This document shows, in pieces, positions 49,805 to 58,299 of a DNA stretch of 64,000 nucleotides. Position 1 is the stretch's first letter; every line of letters begins with the position of its first letter. The DNA is from an uncultured Acidobacteriota bacterium (lineage in GTDB: Bacteria; Acidobacteriota; Thermoanaerobaculia; Multivoradales; UBA5704). Location of the stretch: the NCBI GenBank assembly GCA_963700145.1, contig OY969474.1, positions 1,824,001-1,888,000 of the forward strand, given 5' to 3'. A program made the position numbers and the translations under genes. The notes beneath the pieces are model-generated. The model was given only the letters and a program-made list of their open reading frames with translations, had not been told where the DNA came from and ran no database searches.

Positions 49805-52120
49805 TCAGAGGAGAAAGGCATAGCCCACCTTGGCGAAGAACGTGCGGTCGGTCTGGGTGAGGTCGATCTCCCGCAGCCCCTGGCGGGTGTCGGTATAGCC
49901 CAGGAAGAGGACGGTCTGCGGGTTGAGCCGCCAGGAAAAGAGGAGCTGCGAGAAGACCCGTTCGCTCTCCGGCTCGACGCGGAAGGTGTAGAGGCCGGGG
50001 TCGCGGGTGATGTCGGTGCGCTGGACGATGGCGCGCACCGCCGTCCGCACGTCGAACTGGTAGACCAGCCGGAGCTGCGAGAGGTGCGCCTCGAAGAGCT
50101 CGCCGCCCGCGACGTCGAGCCACTGCGCCTGGTGCGAGACGTTCGCCGAGAGCCGCCGCCCCAGCCGCCACTGCAGCGCCGGCGTCAGCGACAGCACCTC
50201 GCCCGGGCGGACGTTGTCCACGTCCACCTCGTCGCCGGCGCGGCCGGAGAGCGTCAGCCGCAAGTTGCCGCTGGGGCTCGCCTGGAAAAACCAGCGCAGG
50301 CGGTCGAGCTCGAAGCTGGTGCCGCCGACCAACTCGCGCGTCCTTTCCGCGATCAGCTCGACCGTCGATTGCAGCGCCCCCTGCCAGGTGCCGAAGAGCT
50401 CGAAGGTCTCGTCGGTCAGCCGGCCGCCGTGGTCCTCGGTGCGCAGGCCGCGCAGGCCGGCGTCGATCCGCGTGTACCAGCCGCCGCGCTTGCCGTGCAG
50501 GATGCGCTGGAGCGTGGCCTCGGCGGTCTTGATGTCCACCCGCGGCACGAAGCCGCTGTCGGCGCGGAAGGCCGGGTCGAGGTCGGTGTAGCCGATCGAG
50601 GCGCGCCAGGTCCTGGCCAGGTGCTCGTAGTGCGCGAGGAACCCTTCGCCGCCGAGCTCGTCGAGCGACTGGCGGCGCCGCCGCGCCACCGCCTCAGGGT
50701 AGAGGGTCTCGGAGTGCACGGCCTGGAAGCGCAGGGAGTCGGAGTCCGTGAAGTTGATCTGGCCGTCCACCCCGAGGAGACGGTTGTGGTAGTCGTCCCC
50801 TTCGCGCCCGGTGTAGAGGACACCCAGGAGCGACCGCGCGCCGACGTCGCGGCGGTAGCGGAAGACGCCGCTCGTCACCTCCGTCGCGAGCACCTCGAGA
50901 GCGGAGGCCTGGTTCGAGGGGATGAGCAGGCTGTTGCGGTCGTCCTCGGCGAGGAAGACGCCGAAGGCGCTCCCCCCCTCCTTGCCGGTGAGCTTCACCC
51001 CCCAGGCCGGATCGACCAGCGTGCGGGTGAAGACCGCCTCCAACGGCGTGGTGAAGAAGTCCGCGCCCTCGAGGAAGAAGGGGCGCTTTTCGGGAAAAAA
51101 GAGGGCGAAGCGGGTGTTGACCTCGAGCTGCGCCGAGTCCGCCTCGACCTGCGAGAAGTCCGGGTTGGCGGTGGCGTTCAGGCTCAGGTTCGAGGTGATG
51201 CCCCAGCGCGCCGAGAGCCCGGGCTCGAGGTCCTCGTCGCCCGCCACCAGGTCGCCGCGCAGCGGCACCGCCTGGCGGTCGGTGCGCAGCGCCGTCGCCG
51301 TCGGCGCGATCTCCAGGTTCCGCCCCGAAGAGACGCCGGCGAAGCCGGTGAGCTTGTTCTCGCCGCAGAGCTGGCAGCGCTTGGCACGGAGGTTGAGCTT
51401 CGAGGAGATGCGGTGGACGACGTTGCGCGGATAGGAGCGGAAGGCGAAGAACCCCCAGGTCTGCGCGCCGTGCGTGCGCGGGAAGCGGAGCTGCTGGAAA
51501 GGGACCGCGAACTCGGCCGTCCAGCCCTCGGCGGAGGGGCGCGCGGCGGCGTCCCAGATGGCGTCCCAGGTGGTGTCGGTCACCCGGTCCACCTCGCTGA
51601 AGGAGGCGTCGAACTGCACGCCCAGCGGGTTGACGCGGAACTGGAAGCCGCGGCGCTCGTCGTTGAACGGGTCGAGCTGGAAGCCGACGTAGTCGTCCTG
51701 GAGGAAGCCGTTGATGTTGTCGCGCTCCATCAGGTGGGCGCGGACCGCCTCGGGCTTCGGGTCGCCGACGCGGAAGGCGACGTAGAGCCGGCGGTCGTCG
51801 AAGGTCACCAGGCACTCGGTCGCAACCGGCGGCGGCACGTTGTCGCCGGGGAAGAACTCGTACGGCAGGTCGATCACGGTGGCCGCCGACCAGGCAGGCT
51901 CGTCGAGGTGGCCGTCGATCCGCACCTCGGAAACGGCGGGAGCGACCTCGAAGTGGCGGGAGGCGGGCGGCTCGGCCGCGGCCGGCGCCGGCGTCGGAGC
52001 AGGCGCCGGGACCACCGTCGGCGGGACCGGCGGCTGCGCCGGCGGCGCCTCCTGGCCGACGGCCGGCGCGGCGGCGAGCAGCAGCGGGAGGAGGGCGCGG
52101 GCGAAGCGGCGCCGGCGCAT
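49805..52120 (-). CDS. Secreted CBM9-like + DUF5916 protein (probable outer-membrane barrel)
   Basis: Signal peptide, IDGHLDEPAW, FRVNPLGVQ.D, AEFAVPF..LRF, NPDFSQVEAD, FFPEKRPFFLEG and C-terminal FFAKVGYAF. Confidence 0.85.
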   Translation of the reverse strand: MRRRRFARALLPLLLAAAPAVGQEAPPAQPPVPPTVVPAPAPTPAPAAAEPPASRHFEVAPAVSEVRIDGHLDEPAWSAATVIDLPYEFFPGDNVPPPVATECLVTFDDRRLYVAFRVGDPKPEAVRAHLMERDNINGFLQDDYVGFQLDPFNDERRGFQFRVNPLGVQFDASFSEVDRVTDTTWDAIWDAAARPSAEGWTAEFAVPFQQLRFPRTHGAQTWGFFAFRSYPRNVVHRISSKLNLRAKRCQLCGENKLTGFAGVSSGRNLEIAPTATALRTDRQAVPLRGDLVAGDEDLEPGLSARWGITSNLSLNATANPDFSQVEADSAQLEVNTRFALFFPEKRPFFLEGADFFTTPLEAVFTRTLVDPAWGVKLTGKEGGSAFGVFLAEDDRNSLLIPSNQASALEVLATEVTSGVFRYRRDVGARSLLGVLYTGREGDDYHNRLLGVDGQINFTDSDSLRFQAVHSETLYPEAVARRRRQSLDELGGEGFLAHYEHLARTWRASIGYTDLDPAFRADSGFVPRVDIKTAEATLQRILHGKRGGWYTRIDAGLRGLRTEDHGGRLTDETFELFGTWQGALQSTVELIAERTRELVGGTSFELDRLRWFFQASPSGNLRLTLSGRAGDEVDVDNVRPGEVLSLTPALQWRLGRRLSANVSHQAQWLDVAGGELFEAHLSQLRLVYQFDVRTAVRAIVQRTDITRDPGLYTFRVEPESERVFSQLLFSWRLNPQTVLFLGYTDTRQGLREIDLTQTDRTFFAKVGYAFLL

Positions 52121-52122
52121 CG

Positions 52123-53511
52123 TCAGGCGCCGGCCGGCGCCTCCTCCGCGGCCCGCTCGTCCGGCAGGGGTTCCGGGGCCCGCTCCTCGCGCGCCGGCGG
52201 CTTGTCCCCCACCCGGTCGGGGAGCTCCTCCTCGACGTTGCGCAGCCGCGGGTAGAGGTAGCCCCAGGTCGAGACCGCGAGCGGCAGGATCGCCATCAGG
52301 ATGAAGATCAACGCCATGCCGCGGCCGGGCCCGACGCCGATCAGGCGGCCGACGCTGCCGGCGAGCGCGCCGCCGGGGGCGAGCAGCGGCTCGAACACGC
52401 GGTCGGCGAGCGGGCCGGCGATCAGGTAGCCGAGCGGAGCGGTGAGCTGCGCCGCCATGCGCCGCACCGCGAAGATCCGCCCCTGCATGTCGGCCGGCAC
52501 CTTGCGCTGCCAGATCGCCTGGCTCGAGCCGTTGATGATCGGCACGCCGAGCATCTTGAGGAACGAGGCGGCGGCGATGAGCGGGGCGTACGGGCGGGCG
52601 CCGGTGAGCAGCAGGGCGAGGCCGAAGAGGTAGCCGTAGCCGAGGACGCCGTGGATCTGCCGCCGCGGTCCGCCGGTGAGCGTCATCACGAGGCTGCCGG
52701 CGAACAGGCCGGCGCTCGACACCGCGAGGACGCGGCCGAGGAGCTTCGGGTCGCTGCCGGGCAGCGAGAGGACCATCGGGATGAGGAGCACCGTCCCGAC
52801 CGAGAGGATCAGGTTCATCAGCGCGAAGTAGAGGAGCAGGCCGACGAGCCCCGGCCGCGTGCGGATGAAGCTCCAGCCGGAGCCCGCCTCGCGCCAGAGC
52901 GACCCGCGGGCGGCCCGGCCCTCGGCCGAGGTCTCGGGGTCGGGGATGCGCACCAGGAAGAGAGTCGCGGCGGCGATCAGGAAGGTCGCGAAGTCGATGA
53001 AGATGACGCCGGCCAGGCCGATCTCGACGACCAGCAGGCCGGCCAGGACCGGTGCCACCACCTCGGAGGCGGCGGCGCCGAGCTGCATCATGCCGCTGAC
53101 CCGCCCGAACTGCCGCTTGGGCACGAGGAGGGTGGTCGCCGCGGTGTAGGCCGGCCACTGGATGTGGTTGAAGATCGAGCCCACGCCGACGAGCAGGTAG
53201 ATGTGCCAGAGCTCGAGGGCCTCGGCGCGGAAGAGCAGGGCGATGACGACGGTGCAGAGGGCGGCGCCGAAGTCGGAGAGGAGGAGCGCCCAGCGCCGGT
53301 TCCAGCGGTCCACGAGGGCGCCGAGGAAGGGCGCGACGAGGAGACCGGGCAGCGAGGCGAAAAGGGCGATGAGGGCGAACTTGGTCGCCGAGCCGGTCTG
53401 CTGGTAGACCCAGACGCCGAGCGCGAAGCGGGTGAGCCCCGAGCCGACGAGGGAGACGAGCTGCCCCCCCCACATGGCTCCGAACGCCCGCATCGACGTG
53501 AGACGACCCAT
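52123..53511 (-). CDS. MFS transporter (MefA/DHA3-like efflux)
   Basis: W.GQLVS..GS.LT.FAL..WVYQ.TGS, GALVDRWNRR and QGRIFA, with many TM helices. Confidence 0.92.
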   Translation of the reverse strand: MGRLTSMRAFGAMWGGQLVSLVGSGLTRFALGVWVYQQTGSATKFALIALFASLPGLLVAPFLGALVDRWNRRWALLLSDFGAALCTVVIALLFRAEALELWHIYLLVGVGSIFNHIQWPAYTAATTLLVPKRQFGRVSGMMQLGAAASEVVAPVLAGLLVVEIGLAGVIFIDFATFLIAAATLFLVRIPDPETSAEGRAARGSLWREAGSGWSFIRTRPGLVGLLLYFALMNLILSVGTVLLIPMVLSLPGSDPKLLGRVLAVSSAGLFAGSLVMTLTGGPRRQIHGVLGYGYLFGLALLLTGARPYAPLIAAASFLKMLGVPIINGSSQAIWQRKVPADMQGRIFAVRRMAAQLTAPLGYLIAGPLADRVFEPLLAPGGALAGSVGRLIGVGPGRGMALIFILMAILPLAVSTWGYLYPRLRNVEEELPDRVGDKPPAREERAPEPLPDERAAEEAPAGA

Positions 53512-53615
53512 CCCCACCTCCTCCGGAGGGCTCCGATGCTCCAGTGAGGCGGCGGCGGGGAAAGGGGACAGGCGGGGGCGCTCGCCGGCCCCCGCCGAGC
53601 TGATAGAAACCGCGC

Positions 53616-55232
53616 ATGGAAGAGGACTTAGCGGCAGGGTCGCTCTACGAGCGGGCGCTCGCGGCGCGGCCGGCGGGGGCCCCGGCGGCGCGGCCGCCGC
53701 GCCCGTCGGCGGCGGTCGTCCTCTGGCGCCGCGGGGCGGGCGGCGCGCTCGAGGTCTTCTGGGTCCAGCGCGCCGAGACGCTCGCCTTCATGGGCGGCTG
53801 GCACGCCTTCGTCGGCGGCGCGCTGGCGCGCGAGGACGCCGGTCTCGAGGTCGCCGGCACGGCGCGCGGGCTCGACCCGGGCACCGCCGCCCCCGCTCCC
53901 GAGAGCCTGCTCGACGGCCTGCCCGAGCTGCCGCCCGACCTCGTGCCCGGCCTTCTCGCCGGCGCGCTGCGCGAGCTGTTCGAGGAGACCGGCCTGCTCC
54001 TGGCGCGCGAGCTGCCCCCCACGGCCGAGGAGCCGCTCAGGCTTGCGGCGGCGCGGCGGCGGCTGGTGGCCGGCGAAGCGGGGATGGCGGAGATCCTCGC
54101 GGAGCTCGGCGCCACCCTCGACGCCTCGCGCCTGGTCTACGCCGGCCGCTGGCTGACGCCGCCGTTCGGCCCGCTGCGCTTCGACAACCGCTTCTTCCTC
54201 GCCGAGTGGCCGTACGGGGCGGCGGTGCAGCCCGAGGTTGAGGAAGGGGAGCTGGCAGCGGGCGAGTGGATCGAGCCGGCGGCGGCGCTCGGGCGCTGGC
54301 GGCGCGGCGAGGTGATGGCGGCGCCGCCGGTCCTCCACCTGCTGCGCGTCCTGGCCGAAGACGGCCCCGAGCGCGGCCTGCCGCGCCTCCTCGACCCACG
54401 GGAGGCGAACCTCGGACCCTGTCGCCGCATCGAGTTCCGCCCCGGCTTCCTCGCCTTCCCCATGCGCACGGCGACCCTGCCGCCGGCCACCGCCACCAAC
54501 GCCTTCCTCGTCGGGCACGGCGAGACGGTGCTGATCGACCCCGGCTCGGGCGACCCGGTCGAGCTCGACCGCCTCCATCGCGCGCTGGCGGCGGCGCTCG
54601 CCGCGCCCGGGCGGCGGCTGGCCGCGATCTGGCTCACCCACCACCACCCCGACCACATCGGCGGCGTCGAGGCGACGCGCGCCGCCTTCGGAGTGCCGGT
54701 CCTCGCCCACCCGGCGACCGCCGAGCGGCTGGCGGCGCGCGGGCTGCGGGTGGACGGGACGCTGGAAGACGGCCGGGAGGTGACCCTCGCCGGCGAGCCG
54801 CCGCTGACGCTGCGCGTCGTCCACACGCCGGGGCACGCGCGCGGCCACCTCTGCTTCTTCGACGCGGCAGGAAAGACCTTGGTGGCCGGGGACCTGGTGG
54901 CCGGCGTGGGGACGATCGTCGTCGACCCGCCGGAGGGGGACATGGACGACTACCTCGCCTCGCTCGAGAAGGTGCTGGCGCTGGCGCCCGCCACCCTCCT
55001 CCCCGCCCACGGCCCCGCCGTCCACCACGGCGCCGCCAAGCTCCGCGAGTACCTCGACCACCGCCTCTGGCGCGAAGAGCGCGTCCTCGCCGCCTGGCGC
55101 GCCGGCCTGCGGGAGCCGCAAGTGATGCTCCCCACCGTCTACGCCGACGTCCCCCCCGAAGCCCACCCCCTGGCCGCCCGCCAGATCGAAGCGCACCTCG
55201 CGAGGCTCCGGCGTGCCGGACGGCTGCGTTGA
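53616..55232 (+). CDS. NUDIX hydrolase - metallo-beta-lactamase fold fusion protein
   Basis: NUDIX box ALRELFEETG and W.TP...RFDNRFF. MBL motifs THHHPDH, HTPGH, GD and PAHG. Confidence 0.88.
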   Translation: MEEDLAAGSLYERALAARPAGAPAARPPRPSAAVVLWRRGAGGALEVFWVQRAETLAFMGGWHAFVGGALAREDAGLEVAGTARGLDPGTAAPAPESLLDGLPELPPDLVPGLLAGALRELFEETGLLLARELPPTAEEPLRLAAARRRLVAGEAGMAEILAELGATLDASRLVYAGRWLTPPFGPLRFDNRFFLAEWPYGAAVQPEVEEGELAAGEWIEPAAALGRWRRGEVMAAPPVLHLLRVLAEDGPERGLPRLLDPREANLGPCRRIEFRPGFLAFPMRTATLPPATATNAFLVGHGETVLIDPGSGDPVELDRLHRALAAALAAPGRRLAAIWLTHHHPDHIGGVEATRAAFGVPVLAHPATAERLAARGLRVDGTLEDGREVTLAGEPPLTLRVVHTPGHARGHLCFFDAAGKTLVAGDLVAGVGTIVVDPPEGDMDDYLASLEKVLALAPATLLPAHGPAVHHGAAKLREYLDHRLWREERVLAAWRAGLREPQVMLPTVYADVPPEAHPLAARQIEAHLARLRRAGRLR

Positions 55233-55239
55233 GGGCCGA

Positions 55240-55506
55240 GTGGTGGTGATCTGGACCGAATATCTCAAGTACCGTGCCGCACTGCGAGGCTATGATCTCG
55301 CCGTGATCGAGCAGATCGCGAGCTTCGCTGAGGAGCGGTACTTCGACACCGCCACGCAGCGGATGGTCGCCATAGGGCGGCACGGGGACAGATTGGTCGC
55401 AATTCCGTACGAAGAGAGCGACGAGGGATTGATTCCAATCACCATTCACGCCACCACTCGGCAACAGGTCAACTTCCGCCTGCGTGCTGGAAGGTTCAAG
55501 CCATGA
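55240..55506 (+). CDS. Putative toxin, DUF4258/BrnT-like
   Basis: About 88 aa, lower GC, with YFD...VAIG...LVAIPYE...IPITIH. Overlaps the following DUF2283-like gene (ATGA). Confidence 0.6.
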   Translation: MVVIWTEYLKYRAALRGYDLAVIEQIASFAEERYFDTATQRMVAIGRHGDRLVAIPYEESDEGLIPITIHATTRQQVNFRLRAGRFKP

Positions 55507-55736
55507 GCAAGCCTCAGATGGCGTACTTCGCCGAAGAAGACATCCTCCACCTCGTGATCTCCGAGGAAGAGGAGGCCAACAGCGTCGAGCTGAGTCCCAA
55601 CATCACCGCCGAGCTGAACGGCAAAGGCGAGCTGATCGGGATCGAGATCCTGCACGCGAGCAGCTACGTCCGTGACGCCATCCTGGAAGGCGTGCAGGCG
55701 AAGGTGTTGAACTTGACGACCGCAGGCGAGAGGTAG
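55503..55736 (+). CDS. DUF2283-domain putative antitoxin
   Basis: Y..EEDILHL.I...G.LIGIEIL.AS signature. Confidence 0.8.
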   Translation: MSKPQMAYFAEEDILHLVISEEEEANSVELSPNITAELNGKGELIGIEILHASSYVRDAILEGVQAKVLNLTTAGER

Positions 55737-55754
55737 TTAGCTCTCTACGAGACC

Positions 55755-58262
55755 TCAGTCCCGCGCCAGCACTTCGTGCCGGGCGTTGAGGACGACGCGC
55801 TTGGGTTGGCGGGGGACTTTGAAGGTGGCGTCGATGGGCTTGGTGGTGCTGCCGACCATGGCGATGATGCCGAAGCGCAGGACGTCGCCCTTGCCGAGAT
55901 CGACGTAGAGGGGGAGGAGGACGCGGAAGTCGGGCGAGACGCCCTCCTGGGTCACCGTGCCGCGCACCCGCACCTCGCCCTTGCCGGCCGACTCCAACAC
56001 CAGGTCGTGGGTGTAGCGCGGCAGCTCGGCGCCGTAGACCCACTGGTGGAAGAACCAGTCCATCTTGCCGTCGCCGGTGGCGTTCATCGCCGGCACCATG
56101 TGGCGCTCGACGACCGCCTGGAAGTCGGCGGTCGTCGCCTGCTTCCCCGCGTAGCTCGCCGCGAAGTCCCGCATCAGGGCGATGAAGTTGGCGTCCGGCG
56201 TCTTCGCGGCGCCGTCCCACATCAGCATGCGCAGCATGTGGAGGACGAACCCTCCCTTGCCGTAGACGATCGCCGGGTAGGCGAAGGGGCTGCGCTGCGT
56301 CGCCAGGCGCATCCCCATCGTCATCGGCCCCGCCTGCCAGTTGGGGATGGCGTTGCCGCGTGTCTTCTCGAGCAGGAACCGGCGCGTGCCCTCCCAGAAC
56401 TCGCCGTACCGCCCCCACCCTTCGGCGTGCTGCAGCGCCAAGGCCGACGAGAACTCCGCGAACCCTTCCGAGAGCCACTGGTCGCGCAGCGTGCGGAAGC
56501 CCACCTGGTGCCCCCACCACTGGTGGGCGAACTCGTGGTAGCCGACCTCCTCGACGTAGGCGCCGGCGCCGCCCAGCCCCAGCCGCTGCCGCTGCGTGCC
56601 GTCGAGGAAGGAGAGGTAGGGCATGAAGATGAGCGCCGGCCACGACTGGCCGAAGGTCCACTGCGCCTGCTGCGTGATCGCCACCTGCTTCTGCGGCAGC
56701 GGCCCGAAGTAGGTGGTGAAGACGCGCGCCGAGTTGAGGCCGTCGACCAGGATGCCGTCGGCCAGCCGCTCGGGGATGATCTGCCCCAGCCCTTCGCCGG
56801 CGGCGGGCGAGAACTCCTCCGCCCCCTCGACGTCGGCCGCCACGTCCATGGCGCTGCCCATGAGCGGGATCGCCTGCGTGCGCCGGCTGGTGTAGACCGC
56901 GACCTCGACCTCGGTCTGCTCGTCGGTCCGCGCCTGGCGCTTGAACTTGCCGTAGTTGAAGCCCGCCACCTGCACCGGCTCCGCGGCCCGCCAGACCGAG
57001 ACGCTCTGCCCCTTCTCCTCGCGCAGCTCCTGGCGGGTGCCGACCGAGACCACGTCCTTCCCTTCCGGCACGCGGTAGACGAGCGTGAAGGTGGCCGGGT
57101 CGATGAAGACGCCGAGGTTGGCGTACCAGCTCTCGCGCGCGCCGACGACGAAGGTGCCGTCGCCGACGTCGTCGAGCACCTCGCTGCCGCCGTAGCTCAG
57201 GCGCAGCAGCACCTCCTGCCCCGGCGGCAGCGCCTCGGGGAAGACGACGGCGGCGTCGGGGTCGTCGTCCTTGCCCTCCTGCACCCACGGCAGATCGGTC
57301 CAGGCCGCGGGCTCGGCGCCTCCCGCCGGCGCGAGCGAATACGCCGCCTGCTCGATCCGCAGGTCCTCCAGCAGGTGGACCGGCAGCACCCGCAGGCCGG
57401 GCGCCAGCGCCTTGAAGCGGACGGTCGTCGTGCCCGCGACGTCGGCGTTGCGGGCGACCGTCGTCTCGATCCGGTAGTCGAGGGCGTCGGCCGCCGGCTG
57501 CGCCGGGGTGGCGCGGCCGGCCGCCACCACCGCCGCCGGCTCGGAGAGGTACCAGAGGCCGCCGCTGACGTCGTGCGCCACGAAGAGGAGCGAGTCCTCG
57601 CCGCCCAGGAGCGCCCCCAGCCGCAGCGCCTCGGCGCCGCGCGGATCGACGGCGAGGAGCGCCGGCGGCACCTTCTTCCCTTCCGGGAAGGCGAGGAAGG
57701 CGCCGCCCGCCGCGCCCGGCGGCTCGAGCAGGTCGTGCAGGACGCGGAGGTGGAAGTTGGTCTGGAAGTCCTGCCGCTGCCGCGCGAGGTGCCGCTCGAA
57801 CGCGGCGGCGGCGCGCGGGTCGGAAGCGCCGGTCCGCAGCTCGCCGTGGCGCAGGACCTCGGCCGCGGTGTCGTCGCCGAAGAGGAGGACCAGCGCCTCG
57901 AAGCGGTCCTCGAGCGCCTCGAGCCCGTCGTCGCCGGTGACCAGCGCCAGGTGGCGGCGCTCGGCGGCGGTGGCCGGAGCGAGCCGCCAGCTCCCCTCCC
58001 CCAGGAAGACGGCGCCGACCGTCCGCCCCGCGACCGGGGCCAGGAAGTGGACGGCGCCGGCGTCGAGCCGGAAGCGGAAGACGTCGCGCTCCAGCACCAG
58101 CCCCTGGACCGCCACCGTCCGCCCGTCCGGCCGCGCGGCGCGGAGCGCCGCGTAGGTCGGGTCCGGCGGCGCGGCCGCGGCGGCCGGGGCGGCGGCACCC
58201 CCGGCGAGGAGCATGAGGAGCGCGAGCAGAAGGGGCGGTGCGGGACGGCGGGGGAACGACAT
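55755..58262 (-). CDS. Secreted M1-family (gluzincin) metallopeptidase
   Basis: Signal peptide, HEFAHQWWG...WLSEGFAEF (HExxH-x18-E), YGKG..VLHMLR and WFFHQWVYG. Confidence 0.88.
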   Translation of the reverse strand: MSFPRRPAPPLLLALLMLLAGGAAAPAAAAAPPDPTYAALRAARPDGRTVAVQGLVLERDVFRFRLDAGAVHFLAPVAGRTVGAVFLGEGSWRLAPATAAERRHLALVTGDDGLEALEDRFEALVLLFGDDTAAEVLRHGELRTGASDPRAAAAFERHLARQRQDFQTNFHLRVLHDLLEPPGAAGGAFLAFPEGKKVPPALLAVDPRGAEALRLGALLGGEDSLLFVAHDVSGGLWYLSEPAAVVAAGRATPAQPAADALDYRIETTVARNADVAGTTTVRFKALAPGLRVLPVHLLEDLRIEQAAYSLAPAGGAEPAAWTDLPWVQEGKDDDPDAAVVFPEALPPGQEVLLRLSYGGSEVLDDVGDGTFVVGARESWYANLGVFIDPATFTLVYRVPEGKDVVSVGTRQELREEKGQSVSVWRAAEPVQVAGFNYGKFKRQARTDEQTEVEVAVYTSRRTQAIPLMGSAMDVAADVEGAEEFSPAAGEGLGQIIPERLADGILVDGLNSARVFTTYFGPLPQKQVAITQQAQWTFGQSWPALIFMPYLSFLDGTQRQRLGLGGAGAYVEEVGYHEFAHQWWGHQVGFRTLRDQWLSEGFAEFSSALALQHAEGWGRYGEFWEGTRRFLLEKTRGNAIPNWQAGPMTMGMRLATQRSPFAYPAIVYGKGGFVLHMLRMLMWDGAAKTPDANFIALMRDFAASYAGKQATTADFQAVVERHMVPAMNATGDGKMDWFFHQWVYGAELPRYTHDLVLESAGKGEVRVRGTVTQEGVSPDFRVLLPLYVDLGKGDVLRFGIIAMVGSTTKPIDATFKVPRQPKRVVLNARHEVLARD

Positions 58263-58299
58263 CGACGGCGACCTCGGTTATCCTTGACCCGAGTCTATC

